Assembly: GCF_009914755.1 (NCBI RefSeq)
Contig: NC_060927.1
From: the human T2T-CHM13v2.0 reference genome, Homo sapiens
DNA length: 64,000 nt
Direction: 5' to 3' (one strand)
Shown here: one piece after another, positions 1 to 13,987 of the stretch
Numbering within the stretch: position 1 is the stretch's first letter
Layout: each line of letters begins with the position of its first letter
Position numbers and translations under genes: made by a program
The notes under the pieces: model-generated
Database searches by the model: none
What the model was told of the DNA's origin: nothing
The model's input: the letters and a program-made list of their open reading frames with translations, nothing else

Positions 1-128
1 TATAAGAACCTATTGTGAGTCAATCTTGGGATGGTTACTAGTTACAAGGCAACTAGATCAAGTTGTGGCCATAAAGGAGCTCAGGTGGAAGAAGATAGAT
101 AAGGAAGTCAAGAATTACTACGATAAGT

Positions 129-250
129 TGGTGAGGTTATAGATATTTTAATTAACTTGATTAAATTTTCCAAATTCTCTACATAGATCAAAACATCACA
201 TTATACCTTATAAATATATATAATTACCATTTGTCAGTTAAAAATAAATT
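129..250 (+). mobile_element. Old L1M (L1MA/L1MB-like) 3' end fragment
   Basis: 'caaaacatcacattataccttataaatatatataattaccatttgtcagttaaaaataaa' resembles the L1M 3' terminus. Confidence 0.6.
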
Positions 251-837
251 TTAGAAAACGTGGTACAATGCAATATAATAAGTACATTATTTAAAAAATG
301 TATAGGGTCTTGTGAGAACACCGTTTCAGCCTGAAGGGTTAGGATCAGAAAAGCTCACAGAGCAGGTAACAAACAGAGTCATGAAGAATAATTAGGAATG
401 ATCTCATCAGGGATCCAAAAATAGGAAGAGCAAACCATGGAGAAGATGGAGCCCCTAGAAAACCACAGGAATATAAGAGCACCAGGTAGGTAGGAAATCT
501 GTGGATACAGGTGAAGTGTGACAAGCATAAAGCTGGAGAGAGAGAAAGGCTGAAAGTTAGGACTAAACTAGAAGCTAATTGAAAGCCAGCACAGAAACTA
601 CCACCCAAGTCCAATTTACTCAGTGGACTTAGTTTAGAAAACTTGGATTCAGAATGGGGCACTATGGTGCAATGAAGCTAACTTTACGTTCCCCACAATC
701 TAGCTGTGTGTCTCCCTGCATTATAGTGACACAGTGTGATGATGACTGCTATGTGGTAGACAAGGGCCTTAGTTTTCAATAAAATGTTTCATTTCCTCAA
801 TCAACTAGAGAACAAACCCAGGGATTTGGGTGGCTCC

Positions 838-1691
<854 letters not shown>

Positions 1692-4429
1692 ATGCTAAAA
1701 TTCTTTTACAAAAATTGCCTCTTTAAAAACGTAGTGTCTTAAGGGATAGAATATACTAAATATTGAACAGGTGAAGTCTAATGGATCAGAATCCATAAAG
1801 CCTGCATTTTGGGTTAGATTTGTCAATTACTATAGTTTTGGGCAAAGTACTTCATCTTTTTTACCTCAACTTTTCTACATATAAAATACAGAATACAGAT
1901 AATAATTCTAACCTCCTTTCTATATCACAGCCTTGCTTGAGATGAAAGTGAAATAAAATTATTTTTAAAAAGTCACCAAATCCAAAGTGCTAAATGAATG
2001 AAATGGCTACTAAAGTATTAACATTTTTTTTTTTTTTTAGTCAGTGCTCAAAGACGTTGATTTTGCATTAGGAATCAGTTCTATTGTTCCCAGTAGTCTA
2101 AAACTGGTCTAAAGATGTTGATATCTAACCAGGACATGCTAAAAAGCAGAAGGTTCCTAAAGCTAAATGGAAGTCAGCATTACCCCAGGTCAGGAGCCAG
2201 CTAAGCTTTAAAACACGCTGTGTCCATGTTGACACATTTCATGTTAATTGGCATTATGTTGACACTCATTTGGGCCAAGAAAGAAAATGCTAGAAAGCTA
2301 CGTCTAGTATCTCCTTTACCGCAAAGAGGTCCCCAGAAAACCAGCGAATAAACAAAATAAAACCAATCTAATTAACTTTCCCTTCCAAATTGTTACCACA
2401 CTTCACATGTCACGTGGCTGCTGTGGTGACCTGCATGGCATGAAAAATTTGTTTGGCCTACACTGAACTGACAAAGTTTTGTTTCAGTTCTCAATCCTCA
2501 ATATATGCTATGTCATGAAGTACTACAAAAAGCCCATACTCATTTGTCCATTCTCTTTCTGAACAACCATCATACAATTGATCACCTAGTTTCATCAATT
2601 CTATTACTAGGAATCTCACAGATCCCCAACTGCTCAGCAAGTCATTCAGGCCACCTTACAGTCTTCCTACGCTCGGGCACTATCTCTAACCCCACCCTTT
2701 CATCCCTCTCCACCACCCCAGTTAAAAGGTCAACATCCTAGTTTTGGCAGAATTCCTGGACATGACAAGGAATAGTCACAGCTTCTGGGACTTCATTTAC
2801 ATTTTTATAACTCTGGGACTATGCTTATTTAGTTTCTTCTGACTGGAATACATTTTCTGCTAATCCACCCCATTGCCCTTCTCTGCCTAATAAGCCCTAC
2901 TAAGTCTTTTTTTTAATAACAGAGACTTTAAAAAATGAAATTTTTATTGGGTTCTGACAGGTAACAATATGATTAAGTAAAACTGATTTTATAAGAAAAA
3001 TCATATTACTATCCGAGCCTATCTTTTACATTTCCACCTCTGGTAGAACCAAGGGACAAAGAAATATTTATCTATTTTAAAAAGAAATCAGATCAAGATT
3101 AATGAATGACAAGGAGTAACTAATTGCACCTGCATGCTGAGAACACAAAAGGGATTGGTGGGGACTTCAGAGAACTGAAGATTCCATATCCTTTCTAAAG
3201 GGACAGAGATCTAGACTATTGTTGCTTTCAAGTAAGCAGGTTTAATGTGTTAACAGAGCTTTCCAATTTTTAGAGAAGTCATCTGTATTGCTCTGTGAAA
3301 TCTCCTGAGAAGGTTGGATCAACATGTTGTTGGCTATATCCAGCCCAAGGGCACAAATTTGTAAATCTCAGCCTCATGACCTTGTTCAAATATTGGATCT
3401 TTGCGATGGCTTCTCTTACTCCCTTAGCCCAGTAGAGTGACCCTTCTACTCTCATTCATGTGCTCATTAAGAGATATTAATCTGCCACTATCTTGAAGTG
3501 TCAGTGACAAGGTGGACTTAATGTGGAGCACAGTCATATATTGGTGGGGCAAAGTGTGGACTGTAGCCCATGCTTCGGTGCCCTGTACCCCATATCCCTT
3601 GGTTGAACAATTCTTTTTCTAGTAACTTATATGCCTACACACTGTTTATAAGGATGTATTTTTTAAAAAAATTACCGCTTCATATAATAAACAAAATATT
3701 TTAATGTGCAGATCTCATCCAAATTCCTCTAGGAGACCCTACCCACTCCATGACACAGTTATAGAAAGAAAAAATGATGATGCTTTTACGAAACACTGTG
3801 ATGATTTCTGCTTAAAATAGGTTGATATAGAATGCCCTCTCTTTGTTCTGGGCAAGATCATTTTGGTGATAGTTTTTAGTCAAGCAGCTCTAAGGCAAAT
3901 ACCTACCCACTCTTAACTAGAAAGGCCTGTAGCCAAATGAAGATGCTGCAGATTTGTTTTTAAGCCATCTCTTAAATAATATCACAGTGTTTTAACTGTG
4001 AAAAAGTATATTTCTGAGATGTTTATTTTAATATTTATTTATTTTGTGTTTCCTCTGGTGGAAGCCCCAGACTGGGGTGAAAAAATAACTGAAATGTAGA
4101 AAACCACCATAAGAAAGTTGATAAGATCCTACAATCTGGCAGTGGACCAAAGGATAAGATAGAGCTGGCCAGAACCCAGTAAGAGGTTGTGGACACCAGG
4201 CTTGAAGAGCTGATGTATCTAATATCCAGTTTCAAGTTTCCTTTCTCTGTCATATATTTTACTTATATCACCCTCGCATCTTTATTAAGATTCTGTTAAA
4301 TGACAGCCTTTCACTGACAGATAGGAGTGAGCTGCCACCGCATGAAGAAGCTGTGATGTGGAGACAACTGGGATGAAGCCAGACAGAGGGCTGGCATGAG
4401 CAGAGCACAGCCACACCCAGAATGGCATT

Positions 4430-4890
4430 TGTTATGGGTTGAAGTGTGTTGCCCCCAAAAAAGAAAGTTGAAATCTTAATCCATACTAACTATGAATGCA
4501 ACCCTATTCCAAAATAGTGTCTTTGCAGATGAATAAGTTAGAATTAAGTACTAATACAATTAGGACCTCATATTGAACGTTAATACAATGTGAGTCATGT
4601 TCCTATAAAAAAGGGAAATTTGGACCCAGTGACAGACATTCACCGAAGGAACACAATGTGAGGATACAGGGAGAATGACATGTACAAATCAATGAACACC
4701 TGAGACTGTCAGAAGCTACGTGAGAGGCATGGAAAAGATTCTCCCTCATAGCCCTCGGAAAAGGCCAATCTGCCCAACGTCTTGATTTTGGATTTGTGGC
4801 CTCCAGAACTGTAAGACAATAAATATGCCTTTTGCTTTAAGCCACACACAGTTCAGTACTTTGTTATGGCAGCCTCAGGAAACTGATATA
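4430..4890 (+). mobile_element. MaLR LTR (MLT1A/B-like)
   Basis: Starts 'tgttatgggttgaagtgtgt', ends 'ttgttatggcagcctcaggaaactgatata'. Confidence 0.8.
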
Positions 4891-5804
4891 GTATTCCTCC
4901 AGGGAACCTCAGAGAGAGATGAACACAGAATGGATTATTGCAGTCACACAGGAGGGACTCTCGTGTTACTATAATTTACCTATTAAAGGTAAGGGTGAAA
5001 AACTTAGGAACACTCAGATAGCAGACGACTCCATCCACATTGCTTTCAGAGTGGAGCACTCAAGCTCCCTCATTATATCACAGGAGTCCATTCTGGAAAC
5101 CAGCTAGAATTAAACTCCTTCATAGCATAGAATACAATACAACACAACATAAATGCCTTGATTAGTTTCATCATCTCCTTAGTACCTTATTGGCACTTAA
5201 CATTATGTAAATATCCTAAGAGTTACAGCTTCAAGGCCTTTCTATATTTAGGACTTACAAAAACACCAAGTTCCTCTGATTTCAAGAGTTACCAAAGGTA
5301 CCTGCCCTCAAAGATCTCAGGAAAGGAAAATAATCTCTTAACAATCTTGGAAGAGTGTTGTTAAGAAAGGTAAGAGGTGGTTCAAGGTGCTTAGTGGTCT
5401 GGAGATAATATTGAGCACATTTTCCTGAAGCCCACTTTTTTCAGTTGACAATATATCATGAACTTTTGTTTGTGTCAGTAAATATTTCTCTACAACATGA
5501 TTTTTACTATGTGCAAAGATTCCATCTTCAGAAAGACATTCCATAATTCATTTAACTAACCCTCTATTTCTGAGCCAAGTCAATGGAAAATCAAAATAGT
5601 GTGCTGAGCCCAGAGGCATGTATGCCTGAGGAACAAGCTCTGTGATCGATCATCTGTTTCATATTCTTCTGTAAGTCTCTTACCTGGCACTTCCTTTATC
5701 TAAGAGAGTACCTTATGGAATTCCATTCTCCAGCATGTGGTTGTTTCTAGGACACTGAACAAACGAAAATATCTGTCACTCTATCAAGTTTCTAAACATA
5801 TCAT

Positions 5805-6582
5805 CCATTCATTCATTAAGCAAACATTTATTTTGTACTTAACATGTCAGACACTACTCTGGGCCTGGTGATATTGTAATGACAGATAAGGTCCCTGCCT
5901 TCCGGAACTTTAAAATCTAACTGGAACACACAAATAAGATAAATTCAAGTAGCTGTTACAAAGGAAGTAAAACAGGCAATGGGAAAGGGATTGATAGGGA
6001 GGCATATATTGTAGATGGAAAAAGAAGAAGTAGTATGTTAACTGTAACCTGAAAAAGAGTTTTCCATGTCAAGAGCCAGGAAAAAGGTATCACATGCAGT
6101 GGAAACAGGTAGAGTAAATGCATGACGTGGGAAAAAGTGTGATACGTCGAATCAACACAAGTTGATTAGATGATCTAGATAATTGTGACATAGTAGGTGA
6201 CAGAGAGAAGAGTTCAAGAAGAAGGCAAGTGTTGGATCCAGGACCTCACAGGGCATGGTAAGGCAGTAGGACAGCAAACTGTTAGTTCAGAAGATTTGAA
6301 TCAGGGAGTGTTATATATCAGCTCTGTTTTAAGAAGGTTGCTCTGGCTTTGGGGTGAAGCATGCATTATAAAGAAGCATGAGAGGCAGCAGAGAGAGACA
6401 GACTAGTTAGCAGGATACTGCTATTGCCTTGTTGAGAGGGTTGTTGGTAGTTTAGACTGAATAGAAATAGATAAAATGGAACTGGTTAAAAATATATTTT
6501 GATGATAGTGTAGGCAGGCAGGACATACTGTTGGAGGTAATATGGATGGGTGAGTTAAAAGAAGAAATCAAGGATGACATCT
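5805..6582 (-). mobile_element. L2 3' portion
   Basis: 'cattcattcattaagcaaacatttatt...' is the reverse-complement L2 tail; L2-like sequence continues to 'aatcaaggatgac'. Confidence 0.7.
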
Positions 6583-6941
6583 TATTATGAAAATTTTCAA
6601 ACTTACAGAAAAGAGAGAATTGAATAATGAATACTTATATACTCATCATGTTGACTATACAATTAAAATTTTACTATATATATTTTATCAAATAGCTATT
6701 CATTTATCCATCCCACTATCCATGCATCAATCCATGTTATCTTTTGATGCTCTTGGAGTGAAAGACCACGTTACCCCCATTTCCCCACTACAGTATGCAT
6801 ATTATTAACTACAATCAGTGATTTGTTTTGGTTCTTTGTTTTCTATAGGAAACTTTTCATAGAGTTAAATGCAAAAACAAAAACAAAAAACACTCAACTT
6901 AAAGAGTTTTGAGAAATGCATGCAAATATGTAACCCTAACT

Positions 6942-7114
6942 CAGGGTTTTAAAACCTCAACACTGTTCTGAACCTTAAATAATTCTTTGTTGTGAAGGGC
7001 TATCTTTGGGCAACGTAGAATGTTTAGCAGCATTCCTGGCCTCTAAATTGTCTCTACACTTTACCAAAAATAACCTGGGTGGAAGGAGGGGGTGGGCAAA
7101 ATTGATAACCATTG
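6942..7114. mobile_element. MER20 (hAT-Charlie) MITE
   Basis: Core 'gaatgtttagcagcattcctggcctct', degenerate TIRs, exact 8-bp TSD CCCTAACT at 6934-6941 and 7115-7122. Confidence 0.85.
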
Positions 7115-9112
7115 CCCTAACTCTAACCAAGATATAAAACATTACCATCATCTAGAAAGTTTTCTCATGTGCTTTCCCAGCAAATCCCCACACCTCTCTC
7201 CCAAGGCTACCAATATTCTAAATTCTTTGCCACATAGATTAGTTTTGCATGTTCTAGAACTTTATATAAGTGTAGTCAAACTGTACATGCTCTTTTGTGG
7301 TAGGCATTTCTTACTAAATTTTACTACATTTTTGAGATTCACCCATGTCATGTATACAAGTGGTTCGAGTGATTTTTCCTTTTCTGTGTTAAGCAGTATT
7401 ACATATGTGACTATACTTGGGTTTGTTTAGCCATTTGGTTGTTGATGGATTAATTTAGCTGTTTCCACTTTTACCTATTATGAATAAACTTGATATGAAC
7501 GTTCTCATATAATTGTTTCCTGGACATGTTTTTATTTCTCTTTGGTAGAAGCAGAATTCCTGAGTCATGGGATAGGTATCTGTTGTTAGAAAATTGCCAG
7601 ACACTTACAAGGTAATAACACCATGTTACCTTTCAATCAACAATGTATGAGATTTCCAGTTGTTTTATATCCTTGTCAACACTTGGTGTTGTCAATAATT
7701 TTAATTTTAGCCATTCTGGTAGGTGTTTGGCATATCTCATTGTGATTTTAATTTGCATTTCCCTGATGATTCTAATGTTGAGTGTTTTTTCATGTATTTA
7801 TTGGTCATCTATATAATTTTCTTTGCAAAGTATCCATTTAACTACCTATTTTAACATGGGGTTGTAGTTTTATTATTGAATAACCTAATTTCTTTATATA
7901 TACTGAATATCAGTCCTTTGTCAGATGTATGTTTTGTGAATATTTTATGCAGATCTATGGTTTGCCTATTAATTTTACTAATAGTGTCTTTTGATGAGCA
8001 GAAACATTTAATTTTGATAATACCAAATTGCCATGATCTCTTTTATGGTTACAATTTTCTGTGTCCTTTCTAGGAAACTTTTGCCTAGTCTCAAAGTCCT
8101 AAGGACATTCTATTGTGCTGTCTCCTAGAATCTTCATTCTTTTAGCCTTTATGTTTAGGTCTAAGATTTATCTCAAGTTATTGTTGTGAGGTGCAGATCA
8201 AGGTTTATTTTATTTTCTGTATAGATATCCAGTTTTTATAGCACATTTTGTTGAAAATATTTTCTTTTCCCTACTATATGGCATTGGTGACTGTAGAAAA
8301 TCAAACACAATTATATCAGTATGAGTCTAATTCTGGACTTCTTAATCTCTTCCATTGACCTACTCTTGCTAGTACCATGCTTTCTTGATTACTGTATCTC
8401 AATAGCAAATCTTAAAGCCTGGTTAGGTCCCCAAAATTTGTTCTTCTTCAAGATCGTTTTTGATATTCTAGCTCTTGTGCATTTCCATAAGAATGTTAGA
8501 TCAGCCTATTAATATCTTTTTAAAAATCCTGGTAGCATTGTTATTGAGATAGCATTGAATCTATAAATTATTTGGAGGAGAATTAGCATATTAGCAGTGG
8601 TATATATTCTAATAAATATACATGGTATATCTCTCAATCCATTTCTCTAATTTTTCTTTCAATTTTTGATGTAGAAATCCTACATGGTTTTGTTAAACTT
8701 ATTCCTATGTTATGCTTTTTTGCTTTATTAAAATTTGAATTTATTTTTAATTTTTCTTTTTTATGCAGTTAAATATGAGAAGTGCAATTGATTCTTATAT
8801 ATTGAGCTTGTATCTTGAGACATTGCTAAATTCACATATTAGCTCTACCTGTTTCTTTTGAAGGTCTATTATACTTTTCTACCTTGACAATCATGTCATC
8901 TGAATAAAGACATATTTACTTCATTTTTATATATATGTATTTTATTTCCTTGTCTTTTGTTATGGCACTGGCTAAGAGTTCTGATAAAATGTTGATAGAA
9001 GTAGTGAAAGTGGACGTCCTTGCCTTGCTTGCGGTTTTGGGAGAAAGCATTCAGTATTTCACCATTAGGAATGATGTTAACTACTGGTTACTTGTTCTTC
9101 ACAGATGACTTT

Positions 9113-9391
<279 letters not shown>

Positions 9392-9760
9392 TGTAGATGA
9401 CTTTTATCAGAACAAGGAAAACCCTTCTATTCCAAGAGTGCTAAGAGCTTTCATCAATAAATGGATGTGAATTTTGTAAAATAACTTTTTCGGTCAAGAT
9501 GATCATATGTCTTTTCTCCTTCATTCTATTAGTATGATGAATCACATTAAATTTTTAATATTAAACCAAACTTACATTCTAGAGGTAAGCTCTATTTGGT
9601 GTTATCCATTTCATGTGCTGTTGTATTTTATTTCCTAATATTTTGTTAAGAATGTTTTCTTCTATGTTCATGAGGTCCATTTGACTGTAATTTAATATTT
9701 TTTGTAATATCTTTGTCAGATTTTCAAATCAGTGCTTTTCATAGCTTCTTTTTGAAATTT

Positions 9761-10250
9761 TGGCAACTGGTTGAATTACACTTTAACATATAGAGATCAG
9801 TTAAGGCAAAAAGAAAACAAGAAAAAAAATGAGAAATGACATTCTGTAAGGGGAGAAGGAAAATCAGTTTGTTGATTCAAGGAATCCAAAAGACAACAGT
9901 CTTTCATATTGAATACTGCTGACAGTTCAGTAAAATGTGAAGAGAGAAGTGACAATGAATTTGGCAATGTGGAGGTAATTGGTGACACTAATATGAAACT
10001 TGGGGATAGAGATGGGGTAGAATGAAGATAAATTAGAGTAGATTGAAGAGAGAACCGGAAATGAGGAAAATAAGAGGGCTAGTACAGCCAATTTGCTGTA
10101 CCATTTCTTTTCTGTCAAGAGTAACAGATAAATAGGGCAGTAGTTGGAGAAGATGAGAAGTCAAGAAACAATGAAAAAAGAATATTTGTTTGGTTTCCAA
10201 GGCAGGTAAATAGGACAAAAGAGAATAGAGGAGAAATTAACCTAAAATAT
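9761..10250 (-). mobile_element. L2 continuation
   Basis: 'gaatttggcaatgtggaggtaattggtgac' is an antisense L2 ORF2 motif. Confidence 0.6.
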
Positions 10251-10257
10251 TTGTGAT

Positions 10258-10420
10258 AGTGGAGAGAGCTTTTGAATAGGGATCAGACCACGCTTCTGTT
10301 TCCAGCTTTAAAAATAACTAACTACATGAACTGGGGCAGGTCATTTCCAGTTCCCTGAGCTTTGGTTTTCTTATGTGTAAATTGATGTCTTTCAGACTAG
10401 ATATTTTAAAAGGTAGTATA
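10258..10420 (+). mobile_element. MIR
   Basis: Core-like 'ggggcaggtcattt...ctgagctttggttttcttatgtgtaaa'. Confidence 0.55.
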
Positions 10421-11913
10421 AATGGTCCTCAACTTCTGTGACTTCTCTGACAAGTCTCATAATGAAACCAGTCTTTAATGTGTCATTCTTGTGTCTTAAA
10501 ATTATGGTAATTTTGTTTTATTGACTGTGCCTGTTATTTGAGTAGCTTACTTGCATCATGTAAGTAGTATTAAAATGGAAGGCCAAGTGTACTTGATTAC
10601 TCTACACAAGCAGCTATATTGAGATTGAGAATTTCAGTTATGTGAAAACAAGTTATAAAGAAGAGAAATCAAGCCAGCATGAGAAAGTTCCAGGAAGAGA
10701 GAGTGAATAGAGAGCAAGGGGAATATCCTAAACAGAGGAAATGCAGTCACAGATGCTTTATTAGATACCCTATAGTCTCCACAACAAGTTAGAAGAGAGA
10801 TACTAGGGGTTCTTGGAGGTTACTGACAATCATCCAATCACATCTTTGCAGTTTCCTGCAAAGAATATTTATATTTAAATGGATTCTGAAATCAAGCCTC
10901 ACCATGGATGGGTTGAGTTTCTAAAAATTACTAGACACTGGGCAGAAAAAAAGAAATAAAGAAAGAAAGAGAAAATGATACTTGCATTTAAGTAGCCATT
11001 AGTTGAACTGAAGATATTGAATAACATAACTTCATGTCTGGTTTGGGAAAGACTAGAAAATTACTAATTATGCAGAAGAAATGGAATATTACAGAGCAAG
11101 GGTAGTCAGAGAAGGCTCATAGAGGATGTGTTAAAAGTAGAATTGAGAATTTGGTTTCAATTGACAAAATCCAATATGAATATATTGTGCATAAACTAGA
11201 ATTTGTAGAAGACATAAGCAATCAAAAGGAGAATGGAGATGACAAAATTGACAGGTACACAAATACTTTTAGGACACTTTCCCTTCTTGTTGTCATCTCT
11301 ATTTCCCTTGATTTCTCAGCTTCAAGTCTTTCAATTTGTCTTCAGTGGAAGATCAGAGGAGTCATTGACATAAATCTTTTCAGCAGGTAGAGTAGGGTGG
11401 AACATAGGTAGACAGAGTAAATTGAAAATAGAAAATCACAAAAGGGTGCACCAGACCAACAAAAGTATGTGGAGAGGCAAGAAAGGGGAAGCATGTTATT
11501 TTTCCACATACCTCAAATTTCATTACATGGCAGAACCCCCTTTCTTCACCATCCAGCTATCTGAAGGAGAAACTGAATGATACAGAGAACCCACACTTAA
11601 AGAACAGAAAAAAAGAAGTCATTAAATACAACACAGAAACCACAGTTAGTGAGATAGAAAAAAAAATCAATTTTAATGTGTATTTACAGTAGCCAAGGTC
11701 AAAAGAAAGATCACCAAATATAGGTCCAGTTATGAGAAGCATCAAAAAAAATGCAGAAAAGTTCAGGGATAAAACAGTCTTTTATAGCAGATTGGAGGCA
11801 ATTAAAGTCAAATTGAAAAGAGATTAAGAAATAAGTGAATTAAGAGAAAATGAAACTTCATCTTCCAGCAATGATGGAACAATTAGTACCTGACCAGCCC
11901 TACCATCATTAAA

Positions 11914-12122
11914 CAGTGGTGTGCTGGTAATGTTTAACAATCAGTTCTCCAATTAAAAAAAAAAAAGTCTTGATTTGTAACATTTGCCTTTTTTCATGAT
12001 ATACATATTCCCTGTTGGGTTGATTTCGACCTACCAATGATTTAAAAACTGTCTGGCAATATTCCTAAAATTTTTAAAGTTGCTTCTCACAAGCTGAAAT
12101 GATCTGGCTCCAGCACATCATA
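11914..12122. mobile_element. MER63-like hAT DNA transposon
   Basis: Termini 'cagtggtgtgctgg' and 'ccagcacatca' form the TIR pair. Confidence 0.7.
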
Positions 12123-13726
12123 AATTGCTACAAAACTAAGGAAAATACTAAAAGAAACTATTTTTAGCCACTGGAAAAAAGGGAAGCTCACAAGGTGAGA
12201 ACCATGTGTACCACCTACTACCTCACCCTGCTTTTCACCTGTGGACAATTTCCAAAACAGGTGGAGCTGGGGCTGGTGTGCAGTATATACAGCACTCTGC
12301 CTGAGCTGAGAAGTTACACATCAGTTTGGAGATGCAGAAGAGGATGGAACCTGAAGAGCACCATAGTCAATAGGAGGTACCTGTGCAGAAGGGAGATCCA
12401 GAACCTAACGTGGGCCTCCCCACCCATGAGACCTTGGCTAAGGGCTGAACTGCTATTATGCAAGAAAACACTACAGGAGTCTTACAAGAAAGTAATTACT
12501 ATGGGGCTGAGAGCAGAACAGAGATCTCAGAAGTCAGGCAGAAGTGGGAGACTAGTATTAGAGTTCTAGACCAGCCAGATCTAGGCTGCCTTAGCATTCT
12601 GCTAAGACATTAGTACTCAGCAGACAGCTGACACTTCAGAAAGAACATACACTAGCCATTAGCCATAAGGAATGATGTCTTTCAAATGTTGAAAGAAAAA
12701 GATAAAAAACAATAGTCAGCCCAGAATTCTGTATCCAGCCAGCAAATATTTCCTTTCAAGATGAGAATAAAATGAAGACATTTTCTTTTAAACAAAACTC
12801 TGAGATAATCTGTTGCCCACAGACTAGCATTCAAGAAATGCTAAAGAATAGTCTACAGATTAAATGGAAGTGATACTAGATGGGAACCCATATTTGCAGA
12901 AAATGAAGAAATGAAAATAAGTATGTGAGTAACTGTGAGAAATTTTTCTTTTCTTAATTTTTTTAAACAACTTACAGATTAAAGCAAAAGCAACAATTTT
13001 GTAAGGTGTAGCTCTAGCATACATACAACTAAAATATTAGGGCAATGGGTGTATATTCATTCTAACAACTTCTATTTAATATCCTTCTAGGGGCTGAGGC
13101 AGTAACATGCAAGAAAAAAATTAAAAGGAGTAAATATTGGAAGAAAAAGGAGTAAATCTGTTTTTATTTGTAGACAGCATGACTTATTTACATGGGAAAT
13201 CATAAGGACTCTATACGTGAAAATACCTAGACTCAATAAAATTTGCATGGTCACAGGAAACAAGGTCAATGAATAAAAATTAATTGCATTTCTACATACT
13301 AGAAAAAACAACTGGAAACTAAAATTTTCAAAAGACAATATGTGTAATAGCATCATAAAATATGAAATCCTTTTTTTTCCATAAGTTGTTGGGGTACAAG
13401 TGGTATTTGGTTACATGAGTAATTTCTTTAGTGGTGATTTGTGAGATTTTGGTGGACCCATCACCCGAGTTGCATACACTACACCACATTTGTAGTCTTT
13501 TATCCCTCACCCCTCTCCCACTCTTCCGCTCATGTCCCCAAAGTCTAGTCCATCATTCTAATGCCTTTGTGTCCTCATAGCTTAGCTCCCACATATCAGT
13601 GGGAATGTACAATGTTTGGTTTTCCATTCCTGAGTTACTTCACTTAGAATAATAGTCTCCAACCTCAACCAGGTCACTGCAAATGCTGTTAATTCATTCG
13701 TTTTTATGGCTGAGTAGTATTCCTTC

Positions 13727-13747
13727 ATATATATATATGTGTGTGTG

Positions 13748-13782
<35 letters not shown>

Positions 13783-13987
13783 ATATATATGTGTGTATAT
13801 ATATATGAAGGAATATATATATGAAGGAATATATATATGAAGGAATATATATATGAAGGAATATATATATGAAGGAATATATATATGAAGGAATATATAT
13901 ATGAAGGAATATATATATATATGAAGGAATATATATATGAAGGAATGTATATACATATATATATATGAAGGAATATATATATATATC
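13727..13987. repeat. (TA)n/(TG)n microsatellite followed by 10 copies of a ~16-bp unit GAAGGAATATATATAT
   Basis: Directly counted GAAGGAAT cores between 13807 and 13974. Confidence 0.95.
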
